A DNA stretch of 58,353 nt from a virus (lineage: Duplodnaviria; Caudoviricetes). Location: positions 1 to 58,353 of IMG/VR virus record IMGVR_UViG_3300047300_000852; one strand, written 5' to 3'. How positions within the stretch are numbered: the stretch's first letter is position 1; each line of letters starts with the position of its first letter. Made by a program: the position numbers and the translations under genes. The notes below the pieces were generated by a model. That model had not been told where the DNA came from, did not search any database, and worked only from the letters and a program-made list of their open reading frames with translations. This document shows positions 48,376-57,041 of the stretch, piece after piece.

Positions 48376-49215
48376 TCATGTTCCCTCTGGTTTCTGTGCG
48401 TTCAAACGATTCGTCATCAATCCCGTCAAGTAGTCTTGCTGTTCGGGCTCAAGCAATCCTTTAGACCGGTAGCCCACAATCTTATTCGAGATTACGCCGA
48501 AGTCTTTGACCGGCGAAACCTCGATCCATCGATTCAGTAAGAACCCTGCGAGATAGCCCCAGTCGGCCTTCTCAAGTGCGCCCGATACACCGTACTGACT
48601 CAGGGCTTGTTCCATCTTTGGAAGCTGTCCAATCTCAGCCGTGAGAATCTTCGACTGTATGTCGGAAATCCTATCCTCCGTCAGCTTCTCGACCTTCTTC
48701 GGTTCGCTCGATTCCTTCTTGTCGAAGGCATCCGGAGGAACTACCTCAGTCGGCCTGTACGTAGGGTTCGCCTTGTCCTGTGCGTCTCGCTGACTCCTAG
48801 CCCCGTCATCATCCTCGTCGATGCACAGGCTAAGCAATGCGGCCAGTGCGTACCGTCGCTGATACGTCAGCGCTGATCCGTACGCCTGCGGGGTGATCGC
48901 TCGCACATCCTCCGACGCTGTTGATCCCCGGCGAACTACTGCATCCTGAGGACGCAATACGCTCACCGACTTGAAGAACTGCCCCGACGAATGCAACAGC
49001 ATCGTGACCAGTTGCAACTCACCAGCCGGGAACTGCAACACCGACAGCCCATGCTTCGCCAATACCGGATTGATCTCTCGCAAGATCGTACCAAGGTCAG
49101 CGTACTTCGATCGCAACTGCGAGTTGATCGAATCTTTAAGCACCACCGGACAATCAGCGTGAAACTTTGCCAACGCTACAGCCAACTCACCAAACTGTTC
49201 TGAACTCTCAATCAT
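48376..49215 (-). CDS. ERF-family ssDNA annealing protein
   Basis: KYADL, PQAYGSALTYQRRYAL, DDDG. Confidence 0.9.
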   Translation of the reverse strand: MIESSEQFGELAVALAKFHADCPVVLKDSINSQLRSKYADLGTILREINPVLAKHGLSVLQFPAGELQLVTMLLHSSGQFFKSVSVLRPQDAVVRRGSTASEDVRAITPQAYGSALTYQRRYALAALLSLCIDEDDDGARSQRDAQDKANPTYRPTEVVPPDAFDKKESSEPKKVEKLTEDRISDIQSKILTAEIGQLPKMEQALSQYGVSGALEKADWGYLAGFLLNRWIEVSPVKDFGVISNKIVGYRSKGLLEPEQQDYLTGLMTNRLNAQKPEGT

Positions 49216-49300
49216 GGCAACCTCCTATCGTAAAACGTGCCACCAAAACAACGCCGCCGATGCGACTCAGTACACAAACAAAAAACCAAAATTCGCAACG

Positions 49301-49501
49301 CTACTTTTTTTCAAGCTCGCACTGCAAACACTGCTTGAGCGTGATCATGTTCCCGCACGTCTTACACCTGTGCGGACTCGTGATCCCGAACTTATTCTTT
49401 GCTCGCTCCATCTTGCCACGGCACATGTCACAAATCGCACAGTTGATGTTCTTCTCTTTGTGACAGGACCGGCAAATCCTCAAAGTTCTCGCACCAGCCA
49501 T
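49301..49501 (-). CDS. Small zinc-finger protein
   Basis: Four CxxC pairs; GGAGG RBS. Confidence 0.65.
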   Translation of the reverse strand: MAGARTLRICRSCHKEKNINCAICDMCRGKMERAKNKFGITSPHRCKTCGNMITLKQCLQCELEKK

Positions 49502-49517
49502 GACGCTACCTCCAAAG

Positions 49518-49585
49518 TGAACCGCTGGGAGTCGAACCCATTCCGTCCGTCAGGACGTGCCAATGCTCCACTAGGCGAACGGCTC
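49518..49585 (-). ncRNA. Degenerate tRNA-like RNA
   Basis: Acceptor GAGCCGT/GCGGTTC, D arm GCC..TAGTGG..GGC, arm CGTCC-TGAC-GGACG with 4-nt loop, T arm TGGG-TTCGACT-CCCA. Confidence 0.6.
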
Positions 49586-49593
49586 AACCAACC

Positions 49594-50274
49594 CTACTCA
49601 ATCGATCCATTAAGCAACGTGTACTGCTTGCGAATCTTCACCGGCTCGTTTGCGTTCGCAATCACCGTGTCAATTAAATCCACCTTATCGCCGTTGCTCT
49701 TGTAGTCACCGATGGCAACACCTACCGCGTTCTTGATAATCTCCGGGTTACATCCGTCGAGATAGCACCCCTGCAACACTCCAACAGAACCACTATTGAC
49801 CGCAAGACAAACGCGACTGGTAGCAGTTGTTGAGGCTCGATTCGTGATCGTACTATCGCTGATTACGAAGTCGGTAGCCTGCAAGAAAAAACAGTTGGCG
49901 TTCAGCGTTGAGGTCCAATCAAGATAGCTCACCAACAACTGAGGACGCGGACCGGACACCCACGGACAAAACAACGAACCGCAGTTCTTCCCTGGAGCAG
50001 ACACAACTCGAACCGGCTCCGCAGCCGTTCCGTTGATCTCCAACGTACCACGGTTGTAAAACACAATTCCAGGACCGTCTACAGTAATGTTCGATCCTCC
50101 CTCAATCACCAGCTTTCCGCCCGGTTGAATGGTGCACTGAACCGTCAACAAGTAGTCACCCTTCGGGACCGTCACCGTCTGACCAACAAGCACGTTCCTC
50201 ACGGGGAACGGTGTCTGAGCCATGACCGGGACACAAGCAAACAACGCCAACACTAACGCACAAAACGATCTCAT
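49594..50274 (-). CDS. Secreted beta-helix protein
   Basis: Signal peptide MRSFCALVLALFACVPVMA; G.L.I.GT..EPV motif. Confidence 0.7.
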   Translation of the reverse strand: MRSFCALVLALFACVPVMAQTPFPVRNVLVGQTVTVPKGDYLLTVQCTIQPGGKLVIEGGSNITVDGPGIVFYNRGTLEINGTAAEPVRVVSAPGKNCGSLFCPWVSGPRPQLLVSYLDWTSTLNANCFFLQATDFVISDSTITNRASTTATSRVCLAVNSGSVGVLQGCYLDGCNPEIIKNAVGVAIGDYKSNGDKVDLIDTVIANANEPVKIRKQYTLLNGSIE

Positions 50275-50339
50275 TCGAAATCCCTTCAAACAAACAAACA
50301 AACGAAACGCAGTCATCAAGTACACCTTGATAACTCAAA

Positions 50340-50422
50340 AGGATCGGGCAGGAATCGAACCTGCTAGTGGCATTGCCGTTCGCTAACGCCGCTTTGCGTG
50401 TACTCACCACGCCGCCGATCCT
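50340..50422 (-). ncRNA. tRNA-like RNA A
   Basis: AGGATCGG/CCGATCCT stem; GCGTG-GTGAGTA-CACGC arm; long middle arm; GCAGG-TTCGATT-CCTGC T arm. Confidence 0.7.
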
Positions 50423-50506
50423 CGCAACTTTGCATCAGTTGCCGATGGAGCGTACTTTTTTTGAGTCCTTAAACGCCTTTGACTCTTGTAGCGGATCGCT
50501 CCGCAA

Positions 50507-50603
50507 AGGATCGGGCAGGATTTTCACCTGCTCGTGCATGAGCGCTCGGTCGCATAAAGAATACCAAGCACCCTGAATCGTTACCGCGATTCCCGCCGAT
50601 CCT
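50507..50603 (-). ncRNA. tRNA-like RNA B
   Basis: Same AGGATCGG/CCGATCCT and GCAGG/CCTGC stems; arms GAATCG/CGATTC and GGGTGCTTGGT/ACCGAGCGCTC; T loop TGAAAAT. Confidence 0.7.
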
Positions 50604-50667
50604 CGCCGGTTACGTCTCCGGCGTCAAATGAATGACCGTGCACCTAGACTGCAATCAGTCAAGTGAA

Positions 50668-51120
50668 TCAGTTATAGATCACTGTTGCGTACCAACCGAA
50701 TCGACCACGCGCCACGCCGATCTCACGCACCGGCCTGCGTCCCCAGTAGCAACACGCTCTGATGGCGGCATCCGGTGAACTCGTGGAGTATCCAACGCCC
50801 TCGTACGATCCACCGCCGAACCCGCCGCCAACGTGACGCATTCGCCCTTCCGCAGCTTGTCGCTCTGCTTTCCACTGAGCCAACCCGTTCGCACAAACGA
50901 TCGACCGTATAGGCTGGGACTCACATACCACATGCTCAACCACGCGTACCGGTACTTCGACCGCCGCAACCACCACATCGGCAACGCGTGACACCACTCG
51001 GTCCGAGGGACTTTTCGCACACTGACCGGTCACGCATTCCTGACCGAAAGCTGGAAACGTTTCCAGCGCGAACAACGCAACCACCAACAAAACCATTGTT
51101 TTCATCTTCGAAAACTTCAT
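50668..51120 (-). CDS. Secreted protein with CAP/SCP-like C-terminus
   Basis: Signal peptide; H.GG...EGVG...CCYW...GVA.G..GWYA motif. Confidence 0.7.
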   Translation of the reverse strand: MKFSKMKTMVLLVVALFALETFPAFGQECVTGQCAKSPSDRVVSRVADVVVAAVEVPVRVVEHVVCESQPIRSIVCANGLAQWKAERQAAEGRMRHVGGGFGGGSYEGVGYSTSSPDAAIRACCYWGRRPVREIGVARGRFGWYATVIYN

Positions 51121-51188
51121 TCAACCATCCTCCATAAATCGGGAAACAAACCTACCACAACCTAACAACGCCACCGAGCTGAGCCTGT

Positions 51189-51506
51189 CTACTCAGTTGC
51201 CAAAAATTTATCGTACGCGATTCCGATCGCCGCCAATGCTGCCTGCTTAATCAGGGCATGGAACACGGTGTCATACTCACCTGGAAGATCGATCTTCGAA
51301 ATGTACTCGTCGTACACCTTCGCCACGATCCCCAGCACCGTCACCTTGTCCAGGTCTTTCAGTTGCTCAGCGCCAATCTGCTTGACCACCCGCAGAACGA
51401 TATCGAAGAACTTTGAGCCCGCAGCCATCGGACGCTTCCGCGTTGATGCTGCAATATCCTCAACCGCTGCTTCGACTTCTTCGCGTAGCTTCTTTTCAAA
51501 ACTCAA
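51189..51506 (-). CDS. Hypothetical protein
   Basis: AGGAGG RBS; start uncertain. Confidence 0.6.
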   Translation of the reverse strand: MSFEKKLREEVEAAVEDIAASTRKRPMAAGSKFFDIVLRVVKQIGAEQLKDLDKVTVLGIVAKVYDEYISKIDLPGEYDTVFHALIKQAALAAIGIAYDKFLATE

Positions 51507-51519
51507 CACAGCACACCTC

Positions 51520-52329
51520 CTAAAAATGGAATGGTTCCGGCCAATTCTCACGGTGCCAATTACCTGAACGCGTACGTTCTACAATCTCCTCGATTGCGTC
51601 TTGGAGCAACATCGCAGCGCCCGCAAGCGTATCCGGCATTGGTCTTAGTACCTCGACTCGATACGGAATCGAGGTTTCCACAGCGATGAAGTATACCGGC
51701 AATAAGTCTCCACCGCGAACGGCATTGACCAATAGCTGATACATCACCGCCTGAACGTGCCAGTTATGATCGAACGGCCTGTACTGCCTCGTTCGGTCAT
51801 CTAGGCTCGATATGGTTTTCAGGTCCACAATGCAATCTGGTAGCAACAGGTCCAGCCGCCCGCGTACCTTTTGCAGCGTTCCGTCCTCAAGGGGAGCGTC
51901 AGCCGTGATCGATATTTCCGACAGTCCCTCAGCCTTACGCCCTAGCAACTCAGCCGCGACGGGGTTCTGACGCATTCGCTCGGAGATAATTTTCATCTTC
52001 CCTAGCTGGTCAGGCTTCAAAAGTACCCTGCCTTCGTTTTCACGCTCGAACGCCTTCCACGCATTACCGCGCTTGCTTCCCCTAGAATCGAGGACGCTTT
52101 CCGGAATCTCAACCCAGGACTGTTCCCACAGCCCCATTAGTTGCTCCTCGTGGATCGCAGTACCGAAGTCCATCGCCGAGCTAGCTTCCTTGCGATTGCC
52201 GAGGACGTGCAACCACTCAAATTCCTCCGGGCTATTAAGCAGTGACTTAATCATTGACGCGGAAATCTCACGCCTACCATGATAGTACTCGTGACTTTCC
52301 AAATGCACCTGACCGTTCTGAAATCCCAT
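51520..52329 (-). CDS. RecE/exonuclease VIII-like PD-(D/E)XK nuclease
   Basis: YH....S.S..K, AM.FGTAIH, GRLD..IVDLKT, Q...YQ. Confidence 0.9.
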   Translation of the reverse strand: MGFQNGQVHLESHEYYHGRREISASMIKSLLNSPEEFEWLHVLGNRKEASSAMDFGTAIHEEQLMGLWEQSWVEIPESVLDSRGSKRGNAWKAFERENEGRVLLKPDQLGKMKIISERMRQNPVAAELLGRKAEGLSEISITADAPLEDGTLQKVRGRLDLLLPDCIVDLKTISSLDDRTRQYRPFDHNWHVQAVMYQLLVNAVRGGDLLPVYFIAVETSIPYRVEVLRPMPDTLAGAAMLLQDAIEEIVERTRSGNWHRENWPEPFHF

Positions 52330-52571
52330 TACAGCCCTCGATTCGCTTTGAGCCAAGCAACTTCCGCAGCAATCGCCTCTGATCGCAGCTTGCACGTTGC
52401 CAACACTGGACCGCCTACCGGTCCCATATCCGCCGCCCAACCACCTTCGACCGGCTCAACGTGTGACGCCCGACGGATGGAAACGTTTCCAATCTCATCG
52501 AGCACATCAGCCGCATCATCATCATAGATCAACTCGACCGATCTACCGATTACCAGCGTTATTTCTTGCAT
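52329..52571 (-). CDS. Conserved small protein (I.RASHVEP..W.AD..PVGGP.L...RSEA.AAEV.WL)
   Basis: Motif I recall accompanying DUF1257/DUF2997 clusters; needs a search to confirm. Confidence 0.7.
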   Translation of the reverse strand: MQEITLVIGRSVELIYDDDAADVLDEIGNVSIRRASHVEPVEGGWAADMGPVGGPVLATCKLRSEAIAAEVAWLKANRGL

Positions 52572-52749
52572 TCTTTGCGTGCTCCACTCGTTGCAACTTG
52601 ATATCCTGCGGCGCATCAACAGCGATGCGAACCGTACAGTGTTCTCGGTCAATCCTTGCTACTGCGACCACAATCTCTACTGGATTCCCCTTCGAATCCC
52701 AAGCGCTGATTGCCACCTGCTCGCGTGCCCTACGTTCAGCCACCCACAT
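52543..52749 (-). CDS. CsrA-like RNA-binding protein
   Basis: RR..E.V.I...I.V.V..I....VRIAVDAP.DI...R.E. Confidence 0.75.
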   Translation of the reverse strand: MWVAERRAREQVAISAWDSKGNPVEIVVAVARIDREHCTVRIAVDAPQDIKLQRVEHAKNARNNAGNR

Positions 52750-52751
52750 AA

Positions 52752-52991
52752 CTACGCCTCCGAAGCATCGAGGAACCACCCACCGTCAAGAAATTCCCCA
52801 AAGTTTTCTCGATCTCTCAGGAATTCTAACTCGGTCAAATCGTCGATCTGAATAACCTTGAACCCTACGTAGAACATCCGAACCGAACGATTGATCATTA
52901 CCCTAGACGGACCATCACAAGCGATGACTGACCGCATTACGCTTCCAGTCGAGCGCCTTTGGATTGTCACGCGGTAAAACTTAGGACTCAT
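52752..52991 (-). CDS. Hypothetical protein
   Basis: ATGA coupling. Confidence 0.55.
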   Translation of the reverse strand: MSPKFYRVTIQRRSTGSVMRSVIACDGPSRVMINRSVRMFYVGFKVIQIDDLTELEFLRDRENFGEFLDGGWFLDASEA

Positions 52992-53167
52992 CTCCGCGCC
53001 TGTGCTTGGGCCTGCTTGTGGTAATCCTGCTTGTGGTCATCCGCTGTAGTCGTACCGATCGCCTTTTCAATTGCCTCAGTCAACGCCTTGCACCCCTTGC
53101 CGGTCACTCCCTGAGCCTCGACCTGTACCTTACCAGCCTTGTCAATTACGATCTCGATCGATTCCAT
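52988..53167 (-). CDS. DUF2997-family protein (not in the ORF track)
   Basis: Hand translation MESIEIVIDKAGKVQVEAQGVTGKGCKALTEAIEKAIG..., 59 aa, GAGG RBS. Confidence 0.85.
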   Translation of the reverse strand: MESIEIVIDKAGKVQVEAQGVTGKGCKALTEAIEKAIGTTTADDHKQDYHKQAQAQARR

Positions 53168-53170
53168 TAT

Positions 53171-53575
53171 CTACCTCGCCAACGTTAACTTGATACGTCC
53201 ATCCGCTTGCAACTGCTCGCGAACACTGAATCCCTGTTTCTTCGCCTGCTTACGTGCCACCTCAACCGCGTACGCTTGCTGAAGCTTTCCGAGGCCCTTG
53301 ATATCATCCTCGAATGCAACTTGATTCTGCATTCCCATACCCCGGCACCACGGATCGTACGATAGGCGAATCTTACCGCCTTCGAGGTGAACACCGATCT
53401 CGTACGCCTTGCTGTTTCCTGGTACAGCAATCGCCGCGTCACAGTCGCTGACCCTGCGACCGTACCACGTGAACTGCTTCTGGTCCCTGCGTAGCTCTAC
53501 CCCGCACTTCGTGCACGCTTTCGCAAGGCAGTCCAGGTCCTTGAACTCAATCTCTACCGTAGCAATATGGCTCAC
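53171..53575 (-). CDS. DUF1257 (Ycf35-like) protein
   Basis: MSH......KD...L..A, YEIG, L.QAYA.E......GF.V.E....G.I.L. Confidence 0.85.
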   Translation of the reverse strand: MSHIATVEIEFKDLDCLAKACTKCGVELRRDQKQFTWYGRRVSDCDAAIAVPGNSKAYEIGVHLEGGKIRLSYDPWCRGMGMQNQVAFEDDIKGLGKLQQAYAVEVARKQAKKQGFSVREQLQADGRIKLTLAR

Positions 53576-53656
53576 TTTGCACCTCGTTTTAGACTCTCAA
53601 AAGTGGAAACGTTTCCACCTACTTAACGCCGCCAACCAATAAAAGTAACGTTGTTT

Positions 53657-54565
53657 TTATTCGAGTTCGAAGGTTCTTTCAGCCGCGAACGTGATCTGCT
53701 TTTCGATCGCACCCCGCAACGCTCCGAAGGACTCGCGAATTGTAGCACGCGACGCAGCATCCTTTTTGATCGCCTTCGTATCGAGCCCCAACGCTAGCTG
53801 CTCTGCTTGCTCTACTAGCGCCTCCATCCCACTACCACCGAGTGACAAGGCCCGGAAGCGGTTCGCAAACTCCACCACGTTATCAACGGCTCGCTGCTGG
53901 AGAACTCGCTTCTTGCCGTCCTCGCTTTCCCCTTCCTCAAGTCGCTCGGCAATCCCCTGGATCATTTCCGCGAACTCCTTTTGCAAGGCTTGCTCTGCGT
54001 CCTGTGCTGCCTCCTCGAAGCGTACGCGGAACTTTGCCAACTCCGATTCGAACAGTTCCTTCGATAGCTGTTGCAACTTAGGATCGGGACCTATCGCGGG
54101 ATAGCTGATCGTGATCCAAAGTACTTGCCGCACATCGAACGCATAATCACCGGGAACGTACAAATCAGCCAACCGTTTTTGTGCATCATTCTTGACCACT
54201 TCCCAGGCATCGAACAACGCCTGTTTCGCTTGCCTCAGTTCCTCTTGTAGCTCGCCGATCTTGCCGTTCATCCACTCGATGCGGTCCGACCGAATCAGCC
54301 TCACGCCGTCCTCGTACTTCACCGTGAAGTTCGACCACAGGCCACGAGCTTCCCTGATGATGCCGTAAACGTTTCGCACCTCAGGCAGTTTCTTGTTCAG
54401 GATTTCCCTACCACCGCTCACCGATCGAATGTCGGCGTTGAAGAACTCAGCCATCCGAGCACGTTGCCCATCGGTCATCTTCTTGCGGCTCGAAAATGCG
54501 GTCACTTCCAACTTGCACCCGGTCGTCATCTCTTGGAGTCTCTGCCCCATGTCCACTGCGTTCAT
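53657..54565 (-). CDS. DUF3150-like helical protein
   Basis: Position after the AAA ATPase; GVRLI and LY...DY motifs. Confidence 0.55.
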   Translation of the reverse strand: MNAVDMGQRLQEMTTGCKLEVTAFSSRKKMTDGQRARMAEFFNADIRSVSGGREILNKKLPEVRNVYGIIREARGLWSNFTVKYEDGVRLIRSDRIEWMNGKIGELQEELRQAKQALFDAWEVVKNDAQKRLADLYVPGDYAFDVRQVLWITISYPAIGPDPKLQQLSKELFESELAKFRVRFEEAAQDAEQALQKEFAEMIQGIAERLEEGESEDGKKRVLQQRAVDNVVEFANRFRALSLGGSGMEALVEQAEQLALGLDTKAIKKDAASRATIRESFGALRGAIEKQITFAAERTFELE

Positions 54566-54629
54566 CGTTCAACCTTTCGAAAAAAAGTAATGTTCCTTTT
54601 TTTAACGCCACCCAGTCGGAAAAGTAAAC

Positions 54630-56090
54630 CTATTCGAACGAACGATTTCCGGTTTGCTTGGTCCGCGTGTACGGTCCGGGAACGCTTGCCGATAGGAACC
54701 TGCCCTCAGCCCCTTGGCGTAGCTTCGTGATTGCTTCCGGTGCTTGCTTGGCTACTGGGACGATATAGGCCGAAGCCTCATCCAAGGTGATCCCGAGTGA
54801 ATCCGCGGTCTCGCAGCATGATTCGATTTCCGCACCGGTCCATTCCAGTTGAGCCAATCGATCGATCGCGGCTTGGTCCGTGTGTCCGAACCTCCTCGAG
54901 TAGATAGCCCAGATAGCTTGACGCTCTGCTAGGTCCGGCAAGTCGAAGAACCACGTGCCGAGCTTAAAACGTCGCTTCAGTTCCGGTGGTAATTCCGTCA
55001 GACTGTTGCACGTTGCAATCCAAAGGGTTTCACCTTCACTGATCGCGTCGATCACCTTGAGCGCCTCGCGAATCTGTTGTTCGCTCTGACCGACCAGCGA
55101 ACCCTTCATCCCGCCGAGGTCGAACTGAATCGTCGGTATTCCACCTTCGCTACCAGCCGCCTTTGCTACGGCTGACTTCGCAGCCCCCGGAGGCCCCACC
55201 AAGATAGTACCGGTCGCGCGTCGATCCTGCATCCACGATAGCAACTGACCCAACTGGTCCTGACTCACCCCGCTGGTATCCGATCCCGCAGCACCTAGGC
55301 ACTTCTCAATCTCGTCCACGAACACGATTGCACGCGGTTTGTGCTTGCCGTTCAGAACGCGACGCATGAATCCCTTGTACTGATCGCACCCACCGATCGC
55401 ATCGAACCCGCCCTGCTGCGTCACCACTCGCAGGCCCGGAGTCTGATCGATCTTGCGGCGCTTCGATTCCCACAGCCGATCAACCTCAAGCCCATTCGTT
55501 TTGTCGATCGCCATGCACGCTAGATTCTCCGCGCAAAAAGCAGTCACACCGATCGCCGCATTAGCCCCTTGTTGCACCTTTGCCGGATCTCTTTCGAATC
55601 CTGCCCACTCGCACACGTTGCCCATGATCGTTTGCAGGGTTTCCACTTGTGGCAATGGGTCATCGAATTGCACTACGTCGTGGATCAACTCAGGCGGAAG
55701 AACAGCCACGCCCAAGAGTACCAATACCTTCTTGTTCGCCTTAAAGTCGTCACGCAGATTCCAAATCGCCTGCACTGCGCGAGGATCGTCCATGAACAGG
55801 TGAGCGTTCAGGATCACTACTACGTTCCGCTTCGACAGCTTGTCCAGGTCAGCTAAGAAAGCGACCATCGAACCGGAATAGTCTTGCTCTGGTAGTCCAC
55901 TGAGGGCACTCGTTGCGACCGCATCATTCGGTTTGCACTTCGCACCTCTCATGCAGTCCCAAGCGATGATGCCAACCGCATCGGAGAAGCCCTCGAATTG
56001 ATCTTCGATCTCTCGCAACGTCGCAGCCGGATCACCAGTTGTAACGGCAATCAAAGGCACACCGGTTCTAAATGCTCTAGCAATGTCCAT
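54630..56090 (-). CDS. Ycf46-like AAA+ ATPase
   Basis: GPPGAAKS, VGQSE, VDEIEK, ATCN...LPPEL.RR, FFDLP, TGAEIE; start moved to ATG 56090 after GGAGG. Confidence 0.85.
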   Translation of the reverse strand: MDIARAFRTGVPLIAVTTGDPAATLREIEDQFEGFSDAVGIIAWDCMRGAKCKPNDAVATSALSGLPEQDYSGSMVAFLADLDKLSKRNVVVILNAHLFMDDPRAVQAIWNLRDDFKANKKVLVLLGVAVLPPELIHDVVQFDDPLPQVETLQTIMGNVCEWAGFERDPAKVQQGANAAIGVTAFCAENLACMAIDKTNGLEVDRLWESKRRKIDQTPGLRVVTQQGGFDAIGGCDQYKGFMRRVLNGKHKPRAIVFVDEIEKCLGAAGSDTSGVSQDQLGQLLSWMQDRRATGTILVGPPGAAKSAVAKAAGSEGGIPTIQFDLGGMKGSLVGQSEQQIREALKVIDAISEGETLWIATCNSLTELPPELKRRFKLGTWFFDLPDLAERQAIWAIYSRRFGHTDQAAIDRLAQLEWTGAEIESCCETADSLGITLDEASAYIVPVAKQAPEAITKLRQGAEGRFLSASVPGPYTRTKQTGNRSFE

Positions 56091-56253
56091 CGTCAAAACC
56101 TCCATCATGGAAAAAAGAATCTTACCCACCAGAACAACGCCACCGAGCAAAAAAAGTAAACTTGCTTTTTTCTGAAACGCAAACAGGCCGAACACGGCCC
56201 GCCTGCAAAATCACTGGTGACTCACTAATTCAGCCTGGAAACGTTTCCAGCGT

Positions 56254-56427
56254 CTACCGCTTTTTTGCCTCCTTGATCTTCGCCGTTTCTCGCACCACCG
56301 GTATCGATTTATCCGCCTCGATGTACACCCGGATTCGTGCTCCGTCAATCTTGCACTGTACCGCTACCTCCCCGATGAAAATACGTTCTCCATCCTTGAT
56401 CTTCAACGCCAACCGTCCCTTGTTCAC
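56254..56427 (-). CDS. Second CsrA-like protein (not in the ORF track)
   Basis: Hand translation MNKGRLALKIKDGERIFIGEVAVQCKIDGARIRVYIEADKSIPVVRETAKIKEAKKR; GGAGGG RBS. Confidence 0.7.
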   Translation of the reverse strand: MNKGRLALKIKDGERIFIGEVAVQCKIDGARIRVYIEADKSIPVVRETAKIKEAKKR

Positions 56428-56464
56428 TGCCTAATAGACCCTCCACGAAAAACCTTGAAACTCA

Positions 56465-56514
56465 AACCCAGACCGCCGAAGCGGTTTCGATCTTCCGATC
56501 ATCGTCAGTGGGTT
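56465..56514 (-). ncRNA. Type I hammerhead ribozyme (one extra U in the core)
   Basis: AACCCA CUGACGA U GAUC-GGAA-GAUC GAAA CCGC-UUCG-GCGG UC UGGGUU. Confidence 0.85.
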
Positions 56515-56938
56515 AATTCATCGGGGTGAAGCAACAGTTCTCCACCACGGCCAACACGCAATCGGAATCCCATCCACCGTCATCGATCATGTCATCATTC
56601 AGCAATCCAGCCGCCTTGCGTGCGACTAGTTCCGTTACAGTGCCTTCCTTGCTTCCGGATAGCTGCAGCGCGTTGCAAACTGCCTGAGCCACTTCCGATC
56701 CATACTTCGGAATCCGGCCCATGAACTCATACGTGAACACGGTCAGCCCCTCCGACGCCTTGTCCAGCGATTCCCACTCATCCGCAGTTACCCAGCGAAA
56801 ACCCTCTGGCAAGTCATCTGGATCGATCGGGCCAGTATGCCCATCTGGACCAGCTACCGCACACAAATCAGCAAGTTCGGGTGCAAGGTCATAAACAGTG
56901 AGTCCGTCAGCAGTCGTGTACTTTGTCTTGGTAATCAT
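56513..56938 (-). CDS. Early hypothetical protein
   Basis: AAGGA RBS; early promoter upstream. Confidence 0.7.
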   Translation of the reverse strand: MITKTKYTTADGLTVYDLAPELADLCAVAGPDGHTGPIDPDDLPEGFRWVTADEWESLDKASEGLTVFTYEFMGRIPKYGSEVAQAVCNALQLSGSKEGTVTELVARKAAGLLNDDMIDDGGWDSDCVLAVVENCCFTPMN

Positions 56939-56986
56939 GTTTCCGATTTCCTTGGTTCAAAAAATTCGGGGAACCCTCCCCTGGTA

Positions 56987-57021
56987 CATACCTAGGCCAG
57001 ATACAGTTCTGACCTAGGCGC
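56987..57021 (-). promoter_or_regulatory. Early-class promoter
   Basis: GCGCCTAG-N16-GCCTAGGTATG. Confidence 0.75.
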
Positions 57022-57041
57022 GATAAAACATATTTTTCTGA

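Larger units (their letters stand above)
29846..56161 (-). promoter_or_regulatory. Eight ECF-like middle promoters GT(G/T)TACT-N8-TCGGTGGCGTTG
   Basis: Intergenic copies near 29846-29872, 33586-33612, 41638-41664, 49249-49275, 51166-51192, 53624-53650, 54603-54629, 56135-56161, all with the same spacing and each upstream of an RBS and start. Confidence 0.75.

Noticed and set aside
50366-50374. CAATGCCAC in tRNA-like RNA A as an antisense guide to the GTGGCGTTG motif
   Set aside because: Only 9 nt, paired within its own arm, and the motif is better explained as promoter DNA
56165-56235. Possible twister or HDV-like ribozyme in this spacer and beside the tRNA-like genes
   Set aside because: Short stems are present but I could not place a conserved catalytic core or pseudoknot
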